64,000 nucleotides of DNA from an uncultured archaeon (lineage in GTDB: Archaea > Asgardarchaeota > Lokiarchaeia > Sigyniarchaeales > SOKP01). The DNA lies in assembly GCA_964508365.1 (NCBI GenBank), contig CAZDTP010000012.1, positions 1 through 64,000 on the forward strand, read 5' to 3'. Below, one piece after another: positions 9,696-19,144 of this stretch; positions within the stretch are counted from its first letter, which is position 1, and each line of letters starts with the position of its first letter. The notes under the pieces are model-generated. The model had not been told where the DNA came from and did not search any database. It saw nothing but the letters and a program-made list of their open reading frames with translations. The position numbers and the translations under genes are program-made.

Positions 9696-9995
9696 TTAAT
9701 ATTTTTAACTACTATCTTAAACTACAATAATAGTTATATAACTTATTTAAAAACTTAAGTATCTCTGCGGGTTTTCTAATATGTCCTAAGACAAAAGGGA
9801 AAAATAGCTCTAATAAAAATCAGATAAATGAGTCGGATTTTGATTCGCTAATAACAAAAAAGTTAATGCGCTAATTAAGAACTGAAGATATCGTAATAGA
9901 ATAATTCTTTTTTTGTCGGAGCTTCTATTAGAGAATAAAAAAAAATTCTCATCAGTTAATAGAAAAAACATTTTTCGCATTACCAAAAATAAAGT

Positions 9996-10421
9996 TTAAC
10001 CCAATACAACAAGTGCGATTAATCCGTTAAAGATATATCCAAATATTATTGCAATTATGAATAGAATTATCTGAAGCACTAGAACAAAATGAATCGATTC
10101 TCCAGGGGCCTTCTTATAAAGCTTCATAACCATAATAATTCCAACTACCGTATTAATCCCAAACCTAATGATATCGATTAACGCATTATCTCCAGCAAAA
10201 ATACTGATTGAAATACCAACAATAAGGCTTGAAACCAACCATATTATATTTATTTCCAAAGCTAATTTATACGAATCATCCCAAGTTTTCGATTTTGCAT
10301 ACATTTGCATCATGAAAGTCCCGGCTATAAATAGAATAAATGATGTGCCTATAGCAGCAAGCACCACTAGAAATATCGTTAGTGTTAAAAGATCTAGCTG
10401 AAACAACATATTTTTCCTCAC
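9996..10421 (-). CDS. Hypothetical membrane protein (4 TM)
   Basis: Four hydrophobic segments. Confidence 0.7.
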   Translation of the reverse strand: MRKNMLFQLDLLTLTIFLVVLAAIGTSFILFIAGTFMMQMYAKSKTWDDSYKLALEINIIWLVSSLIVGISISIFAGDNALIDIIRFGINTVVGIIMVMKLYKKAPGESIHFVLVLQIILFIIAIIFGYIFNGLIALVVLG

Positions 10422-10561
10422 TTTTTAAGTTTTTACTATTATCCAATTGAAAATTACAAACAATTTATATTTTTAATTTATAAAAAGTTAAAAAATTTGA
10501 TTTAAGCTTTGAATAAGCCGCCATACTAGGAAAAATAGCTCGGAAAAAAAAATTGACAATA

Positions 10562-11332
10562 TTATTTATCTTGAAAAAATTCGGCATTAAACTCCTCTAA
10601 CTTATCAGGTGGCCACGCACGAGGCGTTTTGTAATTTTTTACAAATCTATGAGTGCAAAGAGGAGCACCAAATCCAAGAGCTTGAGTCCGAGAAAAACCA
10701 AAACCTAACCCTTCAGCTTCGTAGTGATCTCCTAAGCAAATAAACGGAAGGTACTTCTCATTACCCAATTTTTTGTAAGCTTTTTGAACTCCACACTCCT
10801 GTATGTCCCAACCCCATTCAAACGTTATTCCATCTCCCTCTACGAAATCCATTACCCAATCGTCTGGATAAAGCTTCTTTTGGGTTTCTTCAGTTAATTT
10901 TTTTTGGTAGTCCATATATACAGAATCGAAAGGGTATTCGGATGGATCTCTACCCGCTTCTTCTAAAGCTTCCTTTCTAATTTTATGGGCTGCTATTACA
11001 TAATTATAGTGAAATTCCCCAATCTCTCGAAATGAAAATCCTGCTTTCTCTAATATTCGAAAAATTGCGAGATCAGACACGCATTTAACAAGGACTAGAG
11101 TGGTAGGATTCTTTTGTCCACCAATATAGGGAATATCAGGTAGAATTTTCTCGAATTCTGCTTTCATTTGGCTAATTAACTCCTCGGACTTCTTGTTATC
11201 AAATTTCTTGTAAAGTTCCTCATTTACGACAGCTAAACGTTCCTCAAAAGTTCCCATGAATTTTGATTTCTTTCTAACATAAAAATCTTCTATTATTTTT
11301 GCTACCATAATTATTATTTTAGGATCACACAT
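10562..11332 (-). CDS. L-2-amino-thiazoline-4-carboxylate hydrolase-like family protein
   Basis: ECGVQK...ICLGD...FSRTQALGFGAPLCTHRF three-Cys pattern. The start may be the downstream MVAKII. Confidence 0.75.
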   Translation of the reverse strand: MCDPKIIIMVAKIIEDFYVRKKSKFMGTFEERLAVVNEELYKKFDNKKSEELISQMKAEFEKILPDIPYIGGQKNPTTLVLVKCVSDLAIFRILEKAGFSFREIGEFHYNYVIAAHKIRKEALEEAGRDPSEYPFDSVYMDYQKKLTEETQKKLYPDDWVMDFVEGDGITFEWGWDIQECGVQKAYKKLGNEKYLPFICLGDHYEAEGLGFGFSRTQALGFGAPLCTHRFVKNYKTPRAWPPDKLEEFNAEFFQDK

Positions 11333-11346
11333 TATAAACTATCACA

Positions 11347-12336
11347 TTGACGAGTAATAAAATAGTGAATTCGACCATTGGTGCTAATAGAAAGCAGGAA
11401 ATCGTAGCATATGTGTTATTGATCTTAACTACGATTATCTGGGGAGGTACGTGGCCATTAGGGCGATGGTTAGTCTCAGAGGAAGTTGGCGGAGCTACTA
11501 TCCCTCCATTCATGATTGCGGTGATTCGTTATTTCCTAGCTGTTATTTGTTTTTTTCTTATTCTTAGATTCAAGGAAGGAACTTTAAACTGGCAATTTGC
11601 AAAAAAGAACTGGAAGATTTTAGCGTTAATGGGACTGTTATCGGTGACGATCTATCAAGCAGGTTATTTAATAGGAGAACTTCTTACCAGCGCGAGCGAT
11701 GCCAGTATCATGGTCGCAACAAATGCGGTTTGGGTCGTAATCATTTCAAGCGCTTTTTTAAAAACTGAGCGATTTGCATGGAAAAAGATGGTTGGCTCAT
11801 TGTTAGCATTCACAGCAATAGTCATTGTTGTTGGGTTTTCTCCGAATCTCAATGTGTTAAATAGAATATTTGGAGATATTTTAATACTATTAGCAGCATT
11901 TGCTTATGCCACATATACAGTTATTTCACGGTTTTTCATAAATAAGACTCGCGAAAACACTAAAGCTTATCAACCAAGCTCTATCTGGATCATGACTTAT
12001 GTTTCCCTGTTTGGATTTTTGATAACCACTCCGATAGCGTTAATTTTTAGTCCAGAGTACTTAATTCCAGCAACTTATTTAACTATTCCCCCCCGAGTAT
12101 GGATTGGTATCTCTTATCTAGCATTTATATCTACGATCGGAGCATACACATTCTACTTAGAAGGAGTAAAACGTTTAAATGCTAGTAGAGCAGCAATATT
12201 TCAGGCTTTGGTTCCATTATTTGGGGTAGTTTTCTCTGCAATATTTTTGCAGGAAGAATTTGATGTAATTGTTTATCCTTTTGCCCTATTATTAGTAATC
12301 GTGGGAATTACTTTAGTGAATCTAAAAAAAAATTAA
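11347..12336 (+). CDS. DMT/EamA family transporter
   Basis: IWGGTW motif, about 10 TM, duplicated EamA halves. The TTG start is uncertain because it lies only 14 bp from the divergent gene's start. Confidence 0.9.
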   Translation: MTSNKIVNSTIGANRKQEIVAYVLLILTTIIWGGTWPLGRWLVSEEVGGATIPPFMIAVIRYFLAVICFFLILRFKEGTLNWQFAKKNWKILALMGLLSVTIYQAGYLIGELLTSASDASIMVATNAVWVVIISSAFLKTERFAWKKMVGSLLAFTAIVIVVGFSPNLNVLNRIFGDILILLAAFAYATYTVISRFFINKTRENTKAYQPSSIWIMTYVSLFGFLITTPIALIFSPEYLIPATYLTIPPRVWIGISYLAFISTIGAYTFYLEGVKRLNASRAAIFQALVPLFGVVFSAIFLQEEFDVIVYPFALLLVIVGITLVNLKKN

Positions 12337-12371
12337 AATAAACAGACTATTAACAGGGTTGGTTATAAAAA

Positions 12372-12836
12372 GTGAGAATTCCTATACAAGTATTAATTTA
12401 TCCGGTTAGGAAAACCAATGAAGATTGGGAATATTTAATGCTTAAAAGGGTTAAAAAGCGAGGAGGCTTCTGGCAAGGAGTAACAGGTGCCCCTGAAATT
12501 GGGGAATCTCTTTATGAGGGCGCAAAAAGAGAATTATATGAGGAGACTGGCTATAATTCGGCTGATTTAACAAAAACAGAAATCTCCTATATAATTCCAA
12601 TGGAAGATAGATGGAAAGATATATATCCTAATGGCACTAGAGAAATCCCTGAATATCTTTTTATTGCTATGGTACATCAACAAGGTCCACCTAAAATAGA
12701 CCCTATTGAACACAACGATTGGAAATGGTGCTCATACGAAGAGGCCATGAATCTTCTATCATTGGAAGATAATAAGAGAGCTCTCGAGTATGTTCAAGAG
12801 CTTTTAAAAGAAGATTTAAGTAGAGAAAAAAAGTAA
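12372..12836 (+). CDS. NUDIX hydrolase (NudB-like)
   Basis: WQGVTG and Nudix box GAPEIGESLYEGAKRELYEETG. Confidence 0.9.
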   Translation: MRIPIQVLIYPVRKTNEDWEYLMLKRVKKRGGFWQGVTGAPEIGESLYEGAKRELYEETGYNSADLTKTEISYIIPMEDRWKDIYPNGTREIPEYLFIAMVHQQGPPKIDPIEHNDWKWCSYEEAMNLLSLEDNKRALEYVQELLKEDLSREKK

Positions 12837-12901
12837 ATTTACTATTTTTTAATTAGGTTACCTAACTTGACATTTGGAATAATCGCATAGTTAGCCTTCT
12901 C

Positions 12902-14017
12902 TTATTTGAGTATTTTAACCTCATTTTTTCCCTTCAATTCTACTACTTTTTTCCCAATGTTAGCTATCCTGCGTGATAATTCGGAAATCTTCCATTTTTC
13001 GTGCCCCTTTACATATGTAGAAAAAGTATTTTGTAGTGGGTCTTTCCATTTTGAAGGGATATTATCAGCACCTAATCTAGCTCCAAGTATCGCACCAATA
13101 TTTCCACAATTACAATCAGTATCGTATCCCATCATAGCAGCGACGCAGATGGATCTCCCAATGGGATCTATTTTGTCTTGAGCACCATATAGAAGAGATA
13201 GAATAATAATTCCTATATTAGGAAGAACATGCACTTTTGACTCCCTTCCTTTCAATATTAATGCTCTTTCCGTTTCAGAAGTAGGTTCATTATTGATTAT
13301 TTCTTCCTTTATCTTTCTCCAATACTCGTTTATTAAAAGTTCTCTCGCCTTTCTAAAGTCATCGGTATTCTGTTCATACAGACTTATTGTTTCTTTTACA
13401 GTTTTTGTGTATAAACTCTCATTTTCATTAGGTAAAAAGGAGAGAGCCTGATCTATATTTTTTCTAATGTCATTTTCAAAGAAAGCGTTAGAAATAAGGA
13501 GAGCAACAAAAATTTCACCTTCTATACCAATCCCCGCATGGGAGATAGATCCATCCATTACACAATAATATTTGACGATATCTGAACATCCTGGGGCAAT
13601 TTGACCCCAAATATCTGCTCTCATTTGAGCACCTATAAAATCAAAATACGGATTATTATGTATCCCAGATTTCGGAGGGAAAATGTTTGATCTTATGTTA
13701 TTTAAAGCCACTTTTTCAGCAGTAAAAACTGCTTTATCGTATTTTAGGAGATTTACCCATTCTATCGCAAGATCCTTCGCTGTAAGGTCTAATCCATATT
13801 TTTCTAAAGCGATTAGCGCGATGATTTCGTACATCTCATCGTCATTGACATAATTTAGATCAATTTTTTTTGGATAATCATTAATTTCACCGTATCTTCG
13901 TTGAATAGTTTTAATAGGTCTTAATTCTAACGGCGCTCCAACGAAATCACCCGCAACTCTACCTATCCAGGAGCCAAAAACTTTATTGTAATAATATTTA
14001 AATCTTATTTCTTTCAT
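12902..14017 (-). CDS. ADP-ribosylglycohydrolase family protein
   Basis: GDFVGAPLE, NDDEMY and GYDTDCNCGNIGAILGA motifs. Confidence 0.9.
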   Translation of the reverse strand: MKEIRFKYYYNKVFGSWIGRVAGDFVGAPLELRPIKTIQRRYGEINDYPKKIDLNYVNDDEMYEIIALIALEKYGLDLTAKDLAIEWVNLLKYDKAVFTAEKVALNNIRSNIFPPKSGIHNNPYFDFIGAQMRADIWGQIAPGCSDIVKYYCVMDGSISHAGIGIEGEIFVALLISNAFFENDIRKNIDQALSFLPNENESLYTKTVKETISLYEQNTDDFRKARELLINEYWRKIKEEIINNEPTSETERALILKGRESKVHVLPNIGIIILSLLYGAQDKIDPIGRSICVAAMMGYDTDCNCGNIGAILGARLGADNIPSKWKDPLQNTFSTYVKGHEKWKISELSRRIANIGKKVVELKGKNEVKILK

Positions 14018-14290
14018 GAGTCTTTTTAACTCTAATTTTTATTTTCGTAAATTTCATTCTTTTGTATAAAGCAAACAGGAGATTCAATCCTAGGTCAGCA
14101 ATACGTATTATTCCTAAAATGATAAAACCTACTGAATTTTTTGGCCTAAATTTGATCACACACTTCAAGTTGGATTATTTATTATAGATTAGATTATAGT
14201 AATTTATAAAGATGTCGACCAAACCTGGCTACACTATTGAATAAAGAGGAGATTCGTTCTCAACAATCTTCACATCATTTTACAACCGTT

Positions 14291-14322
14291 TTTAGAAAAT
14301 TCTATATTTAGAAAATTCTATA
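14291..14322. repeat. 16-bp perfect tandem duplication (TTTAGAAAATTCTATA x2)
   Basis: Read directly at 14291..14306 and 14307..14322, upstream of the 14391 ORF. Confidence 0.8.
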
Positions 14323-14390
14323 TTTATAATAATCCTAAATTAATTTATGAAAATCTTTTATTAAAGCTAAATTAAAATTCGGATTGCCTT

Positions 14391-14660
14391 ATGACTGACT
14401 CCTCAAAAGCCAATTTGGTTAATAAAATTCAGGTCGAATACCATAAAAAGTTAAAAGAACTAGAACAAAAACTCGCAGCAAAGCATAAAGAATTAAACCT
14501 AATCGAACAAGGAATAAAACATGAATCAAAAAAAATTTATGACTCAAACCTTTCTTCATTAAAGGCTAAAAGAACGGAGTTGAATGCTTCCATTTTAAAG
14601 TTAAAGAAGGATATAAGACATATCAATAAAGAAAAAATTAAAAAGTTGAGAAAGCTATAA
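14391..14660 (+). CDS. Small coiled-coil protein
   Basis: K/E/L-rich heptad pattern. Confidence 0.6.
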   Translation: MTDSSKANLVNKIQVEYHKKLKELEQKLAAKHKELNLIEQGIKHESKKIYDSNLSSLKAKRTELNASILKLKKDIRHINKEKIKKLRKL

Positions 14661-14731
14661 ATTATCTTTATAATGATGTCGTCTAATCTTAACAGAAGAT
14701 TGTATCATTGAACTTTTAAATCTTTTTGATT

Positions 14732-14806
14732 TCAAACTCCAACAACTCTACCTATACAAGAGCCATAAACTTTTTTATAATATTCCTTAAATGTTATTTC
14801 TTTCAT
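14732..14806 (-). pseudogene. Truncated 5' copy of the ADP-ribosylglycohydrolase gene
   Basis: MKEITFKEYYKKVYGSCIGRVVGV* versus MKEIRFKYYYNKVFGSWIGRVAGD (17/24 aa identical, 13 nt differences in 72). Confidence 0.85.
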
Positions 14807-14832
14807 GATTTTTTTGATTATTTATTTGAAAA

Positions 14833-15690
14833 TTAACGTAAGGGAAATTTTGGGTCTCGTTTCTCGATGTAAGCATTAAATGCTTCCCACACATCTGCAG
14901 AACTACCTCCTAAAACTTGCCCGCGGTTTTCTAATTGGATCATTGTTTCTAAACTCGGAGAATCAAGGGATAGATTAATCGCTTGTTTTGTCATCCGTAA
15001 GCCCAAAGGGCTTTTTGTGAGCATTTCTCTCGCCATTTCCATCGCTGAATCAAACAATTTCTCTTCCTCGACAATCTTCAAAACAAAACCTATTTTGGTA
15101 GCTTCTTCAGCGCCGAAAAACCTTCCTGTATATAATAATTCGGATGCTCTCGACAATCCTATGAGACGCGGTAGAAAATAACTACTCCCCATATCCGCCC
15201 CTGTTAACCCGATATTTATATAACCCGCGTTGAATTTCGCATTCTTTCCAACTATCCGAATATCAGCAGCCATTGCGATAGAAAAACCCGCTCCCATTGC
15301 AGCACCTTGGATTACAGCAATAATCGGTTGCGAAATCTTTCGCATCTTAATGATAAGATCAGAAATTCTCCATTGGTAATACATAAAGCTTTTAACCACT
15401 TCGGGAATATCTAAGAAATAAAATTTCTTGAGATGATCCGGCTTCTTTTTTGATTTCAATACGCTGGCATCGCTCAAATCTTGACCGGCATTAAAGACCT
15501 TTCCTTCTGCTTTCATAATCAGGACCCGACAATCAAGATTTGTCATTAATGCATCTAATAATGAATGAAGGTCCTCAACCATCTGAAAAGATATAGCATT
15601 AGCTTTTTCTGGTCTGTTGAATGTTAAAATTCCAATACCGTTTTCTTCCAATTCGAACTTTATCGTTTCAAATTCCATACTCTTACACAT
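14833..15690 (-). CDS. Enoyl-CoA hydratase/isomerase family protein
   Basis: LTFNRPEKANA, FNAGQDL, IAVIQGAAMGAG and GADMG motifs. Confidence 0.92.
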   Translation of the reverse strand: MCKSMEFETIKFELEENGIGILTFNRPEKANAISFQMVEDLHSLLDALMTNLDCRVLIMKAEGKVFNAGQDLSDASVLKSKKKPDHLKKFYFLDIPEVVKSFMYYQWRISDLIIKMRKISQPIIAVIQGAAMGAGFSIAMAADIRIVGKNAKFNAGYINIGLTGADMGSSYFLPRLIGLSRASELLYTGRFFGAEEATKIGFVLKIVEEEKLFDSAMEMAREMLTKSPLGLRMTKQAINLSLDSPSLETMIQLENRGQVLGGSSADVWEAFNAYIEKRDPKFPLR

Positions 15691-15782
15691 AAAAGATCAA
15701 ATAAAAAGATGTTATGATAACGAAATGGTCATTTCAATAAAAAGTTTAAATCATATTATAATATTTCTTCAAAAGTTTCAAA

Positions 15783-15938
15783 TTATTTTGAGTTATTTTC
15801 TTTATTAAAAGACCAGAAATATACAACAACAATACAAAATATTAGTAATATTGGAATTGAAATCATAATTGAAATATAATTCTCTCCCTCCGAACTAAGA
15901 AGTAATACACCTGGAATGGAAATCAACAACGAAATCAT
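15783..15938 (-). CDS. Putative small membrane protein (51 aa), not in the ORF track
   Basis: MISLLISIPGVLLLSSEGENYISIMISIPILLIFCIVVVYFWSFNKENNSK*: two hydrophobic stretches. Confidence 0.4.
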   Translation of the reverse strand: MISLLISIPGVLLLSSEGENYISIMISIPILLIFCIVVVYFWSFNKENNSK

Positions 15939-15973
15939 TTCAGAATAATTAAAAAAAAGGATTTCATAAGAAG

Positions 15974-16031
15974 CTGGTATGGTCTAAAGCTTAAGAATTA
16001 TAGAATAAATCAGAAATATAATAAAAAAAAA
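15974..16031. repeat. 58-bp direct repeat, copy 1 (copy 2 at 19061..19118)
   Basis: CTGGTATGGTCTAAAGCTTAAGAATTATAGAATAAATCAGAAATATAATAAAAAAAAA versus CTGATATGTTCTAAAGCCTTAGAATTATAGAAAAAATCATAAATATAATAAAAAAAAA; 6 mismatches. Confidence 0.85.
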
Positions 16032-16049
16032 GATTTAATTAATTAAACC

Positions 16050-18917
16050 TTATTCTGGTGTCGCTCGTTTTTTCATAAATATGTAGAGACCAGCTATGAC
16101 TGCAACTCCTCCGACTACAGAAACAACAATAATAACGATAAGAATAGTTAGATCATCCCCAGCAGGGGGGATGCTTTTCGTTATCGTTAATTCTTCAAAA
16201 GATAGATTTCCTATAGTATCATTCGCATAGAAAGTAATAGTTATTGAGCCTTCAGATAAAGCCGACCATGCTGTTTGGTCAATGGTAGCATTCGTAGTAA
16301 TAGCATGAGTGGTCACACCTCCATCAAGAGAATACCATATCGAGTCTAAATGGTCATCTGTAATCGTAATAATGAAAGCAGGAGCACTAACACCAAATTC
16401 ACTCCCGGAAGAAGGTGAATTGACAACGATAACTGGCCCTATAGCATCTTTTACGATAATTACATCCTCAGATGTTTCATGTCCTAACATATCATTCGCA
16501 TAGAAAGTAATAGTTATTAAGCCTTCAGATAAAGCCGACCATGCTGTTTGGTCAATGGTAGCATTCGTAGTAATAGCATGAGTGGTCACACCTCCATCAA
16601 GAGAATACCATATCGAGTCTAAATGGTCATCTGTAATCGTAATAATGAAAGCAGGAGCACTAACACCAAATTCACTCCCGGAAGAAGGTGAATTGATTAT
16701 GATAATTGGACCTGTAATATCTTTTACGATATTTACATCAGCAAATCCAATATATCCTGGTATATCAGAAGCATAGAAGATTAATGTAATCGTACCATCA
16801 GATAAGGCATCCCACGCAGATTGATCAATCGTTCCGTTATCTGTAAAGGTGTAATTATTTAATCCCCCATCAATAGTATACCACATTTCATCTATATAAT
16901 CGTCTGTAATTCTCACATTAAAAGAGGGGGCAGTAGTACCAAATACACCACCGGGATCAGGTGAATTAATCGCTATCGATGGGGCACCGTCTTCTGCTAT
17001 GGGTAAATAATCTATACTTCCAGCAGAACCACCTATATATATGTATGGATCATCTACAATTCCATCTTGTGGGGTTGTATCTGGACTAGTCCAATTATCC
17101 CAGTAATTACCAATTGCGGTGCTATTCCAATTGTTATCGGTTCCATCATCAATAGCATGTTTTTCATTTTTCAGAAAGAAATTTCCATAGATGGAGTTAT
17201 TATTACTAGAGTCTAAATATATCCCGCTTTGGGTATTGTTACATGCGGTGTTTCCTGTAATGTTATTGTAATGAGAAGTTTGTAAAGATATCCCATCACC
17301 GTTATAGTTTGCGGTGTTTTTAGAAACCGCGTTGTAATCACTATTAAATAAATATATCCCTATATCCCCAGCATGGTCATTTGCAGTGTTTCCTATAATA
17401 TTATTATAATCGCAAAACCATAAAACAATCCCATGACCATTATCGTTTGCGGTGTTTCCCGAGATACTATTATCATCGCAATTATCATTTAACCATATTC
17501 CATAATCGCCATTACCATTTGCGGTGTTTCCCGAGATCGTATTATTATTGCAACTATTTTCTAAATATATCCCATAATAGGTATTATTGCTTGCGGTGTT
17601 TCCCGTAATATTATTATAATCACAATCGTATAAATGTATCCCGTGCAGATTATTGTCATTTGCAGTGTTTTTTGTTATAGTATTGTATTCACAATCTTCT
17701 AAATATATTCCAAATTCGGTATTATTGTATGCAGTATTTTCAGAGATAGTGTTATTTTTGGCATGTTCATGTATATACATTCCATAAGCGGTGTTATTAT
17801 TTAATGTATTTCCTGTAACTGTGTTATTATTACTTCCCTCTAAGCGTATTCCGTAATAATTATTATCGTTTGCTGTATTTCCGATGATACTATTGAAATC
17901 ATCGTAGAATACTTCTATACCAACATTATTTCTATTTACAATATTTTTCACGACAATGTTATTATCACAATCACTTTCTAAGAAAATCCCATCAATATTA
18001 CCACTTCCAGTATTTTCCGTAATATTATTGTAATCACTGAAAGTTAAATATATTCCCGCAATATTATTGTCGTTCGCAATATTTCCTGAAATTGTGTTGT
18101 AATGTCCATTATTAATTTCAATTCCATCATTGTTATTATCATTCAAATTGTTTTCCGTTATAGTATTATTATCACTAAACCACAATAAAATACCATTATC
18201 GTTGTTATTATTTGCTTTATTTCTATAAATTTCGTTGAATTTGCTATTACTTACTTTTATCCCGTTTGTATTGCTATATACGGTGTTGTTGTAGATAATA
18301 TTATTATCACTAATTGATAAACTGACTCCAATTACAGAACTATATGCAGTATTATCTATTACTTCACTATAATTACTCTGAATTAAATATATAGCGTTCA
18401 TAGTATTATAGACTGTGTTATTAGCAATAATTATATCTTCACATTCGTTTAAATAGACCCCAGTACCCATTCCATTAATAGCAATATTATTATCACTTAC
18501 TAAACCATTTGTAGTATTATCTAAGGTTATCGCTTTTTCTGAGCCTATTGAGATGGATCCGTCCCAGAAGAATGTGCAGTTTTTAATTATGAAAGATATA
18601 TTATTTGAATTGCTTATCTTAATACCATCTGCCAAACTATCTATCCCTAATGTGTGATCTTGAATTATATAAGGATTTTCTAAAGTTCCTAATCCAGAAC
18701 ACCACACTTGATTTTCTGCCCATGTCCAATTATTCCAACTTCCAGGCAGATTGTCAATTGTGATATTTTCATACGTTCCAGAAGTTCTTATCTTAGGTTG
18801 CACATAAATGTTAGAATTAGTATTACTTAAATATCCAGAATTTTGTATAAAGAAAAATCCTACAATGAACATCAATGCAATAATACTAGTAATAAACTTT
18901 CGTTGATTCGGTTTCAT
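16050..18917 (-). CDS. Membrane-anchored NosD/PbH1 beta-helix surface protein with C-terminal Ig-like repeats
   Basis: N-terminal signal/TM, many N.I..N.A..N...GI.L repeats, three SxWYSLDGG modules, C-terminal TM and basic tail. Confidence 0.9.
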   Translation of the reverse strand: MKPNQRKFITSIIALMFIVGFFFIQNSGYLSNTNSNIYVQPKIRTSGTYENITIDNLPGSWNNWTWAENQVWCSGLGTLENPYIIQDHTLGIDSLADGIKISNSNNISFIIKNCTFFWDGSISIGSEKAITLDNTTNGLVSDNNIAINGMGTGVYLNECEDIIIANNTVYNTMNAIYLIQSNYSEVIDNTAYSSVIGVSLSISDNNIIYNNTVYSNTNGIKVSNSKFNEIYRNKANNNNDNGILLWFSDNNTITENNLNDNNNDGIEINNGHYNTISGNIANDNNIAGIYLTFSDYNNITENTGSGNIDGIFLESDCDNNIVVKNIVNRNNVGIEVFYDDFNSIIGNTANDNNYYGIRLEGSNNNTVTGNTLNNNTAYGMYIHEHAKNNTISENTAYNNTEFGIYLEDCEYNTITKNTANDNNLHGIHLYDCDYNNITGNTASNNTYYGIYLENSCNNNTISGNTANGNGDYGIWLNDNCDDNSISGNTANDNGHGIVLWFCDYNNIIGNTANDHAGDIGIYLFNSDYNAVSKNTANYNGDGISLQTSHYNNITGNTACNNTQSGIYLDSSNNNSIYGNFFLKNEKHAIDDGTDNNWNSTAIGNYWDNWTSPDTTPQDGIVDDPYIYIGGSAGSIDYLPIAEDGAPSIAINSPDPGGVFGTTAPSFNVRITDDYIDEMWYTIDGGLNNYTFTDNGTIDQSAWDALSDGTITLIFYASDIPGYIGFADVNIVKDITGPIIIINSPSSGSEFGVSAPAFIITITDDHLDSIWYSLDGGVTTHAITTNATIDQTAWSALSEGLITITFYANDMLGHETSEDVIIVKDAIGPVIVVNSPSSGSEFGVSAPAFIITITDDHLDSIWYSLDGGVTTHAITTNATIDQTAWSALSEGSITITFYANDTIGNLSFEELTITKSIPPAGDDLTILIVIIVVSVVGGVAVIAGLYIFMKKRATPE
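16217..16696. repeat. Near-perfect intragenic duplication (207 bp x2, 273-bp period)
   Basis: 16217..16423 versus 16490..16696; I found one substitution. Confidence 0.9.
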
Positions 18918-19060
18918 TCTTAAGACCTTTTTATAAAAAGTATGTGGATTGATATTATTTCTTCTAATTTAAATATTATTAAAGACCTTTAAATTTAGGT
19001 TTCACTAGGAACCTTACTTCTTTTAGTCTAAATGATTAAAAAAAGAGATTTAATTAGAAA

Positions 19061-19118
19061 CTGATATGTTCTAAAGCCTTAGAATTATAGAAAAAATCAT
19101 AAATATAATAAAAAAAAA
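19061..19118. repeat. 58-bp direct repeat, copy 2
   Basis: Matches 15974..16031. On the minus strand both copies begin with a T9 tract just after a gene stop. Confidence 0.85.
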
Positions 19119-19144
19119 ATTTTGTTTTAAAATTTATAATACCC

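Noticed and set aside
14640-14806. Possible selenoprotein: frame continuing through two TGA codons
   Set aside because: The first 24 codons are explained as an ARH 5' duplicate, and the sequence after the TGA does not resemble ARH or any Sec motif.
16217-16696. DGR template/variable repeat pair
   Set aside because: Both copies are in frame within one gene, the single difference is C/T on the coding strand rather than adenine-specific, and there is no DGR RT.
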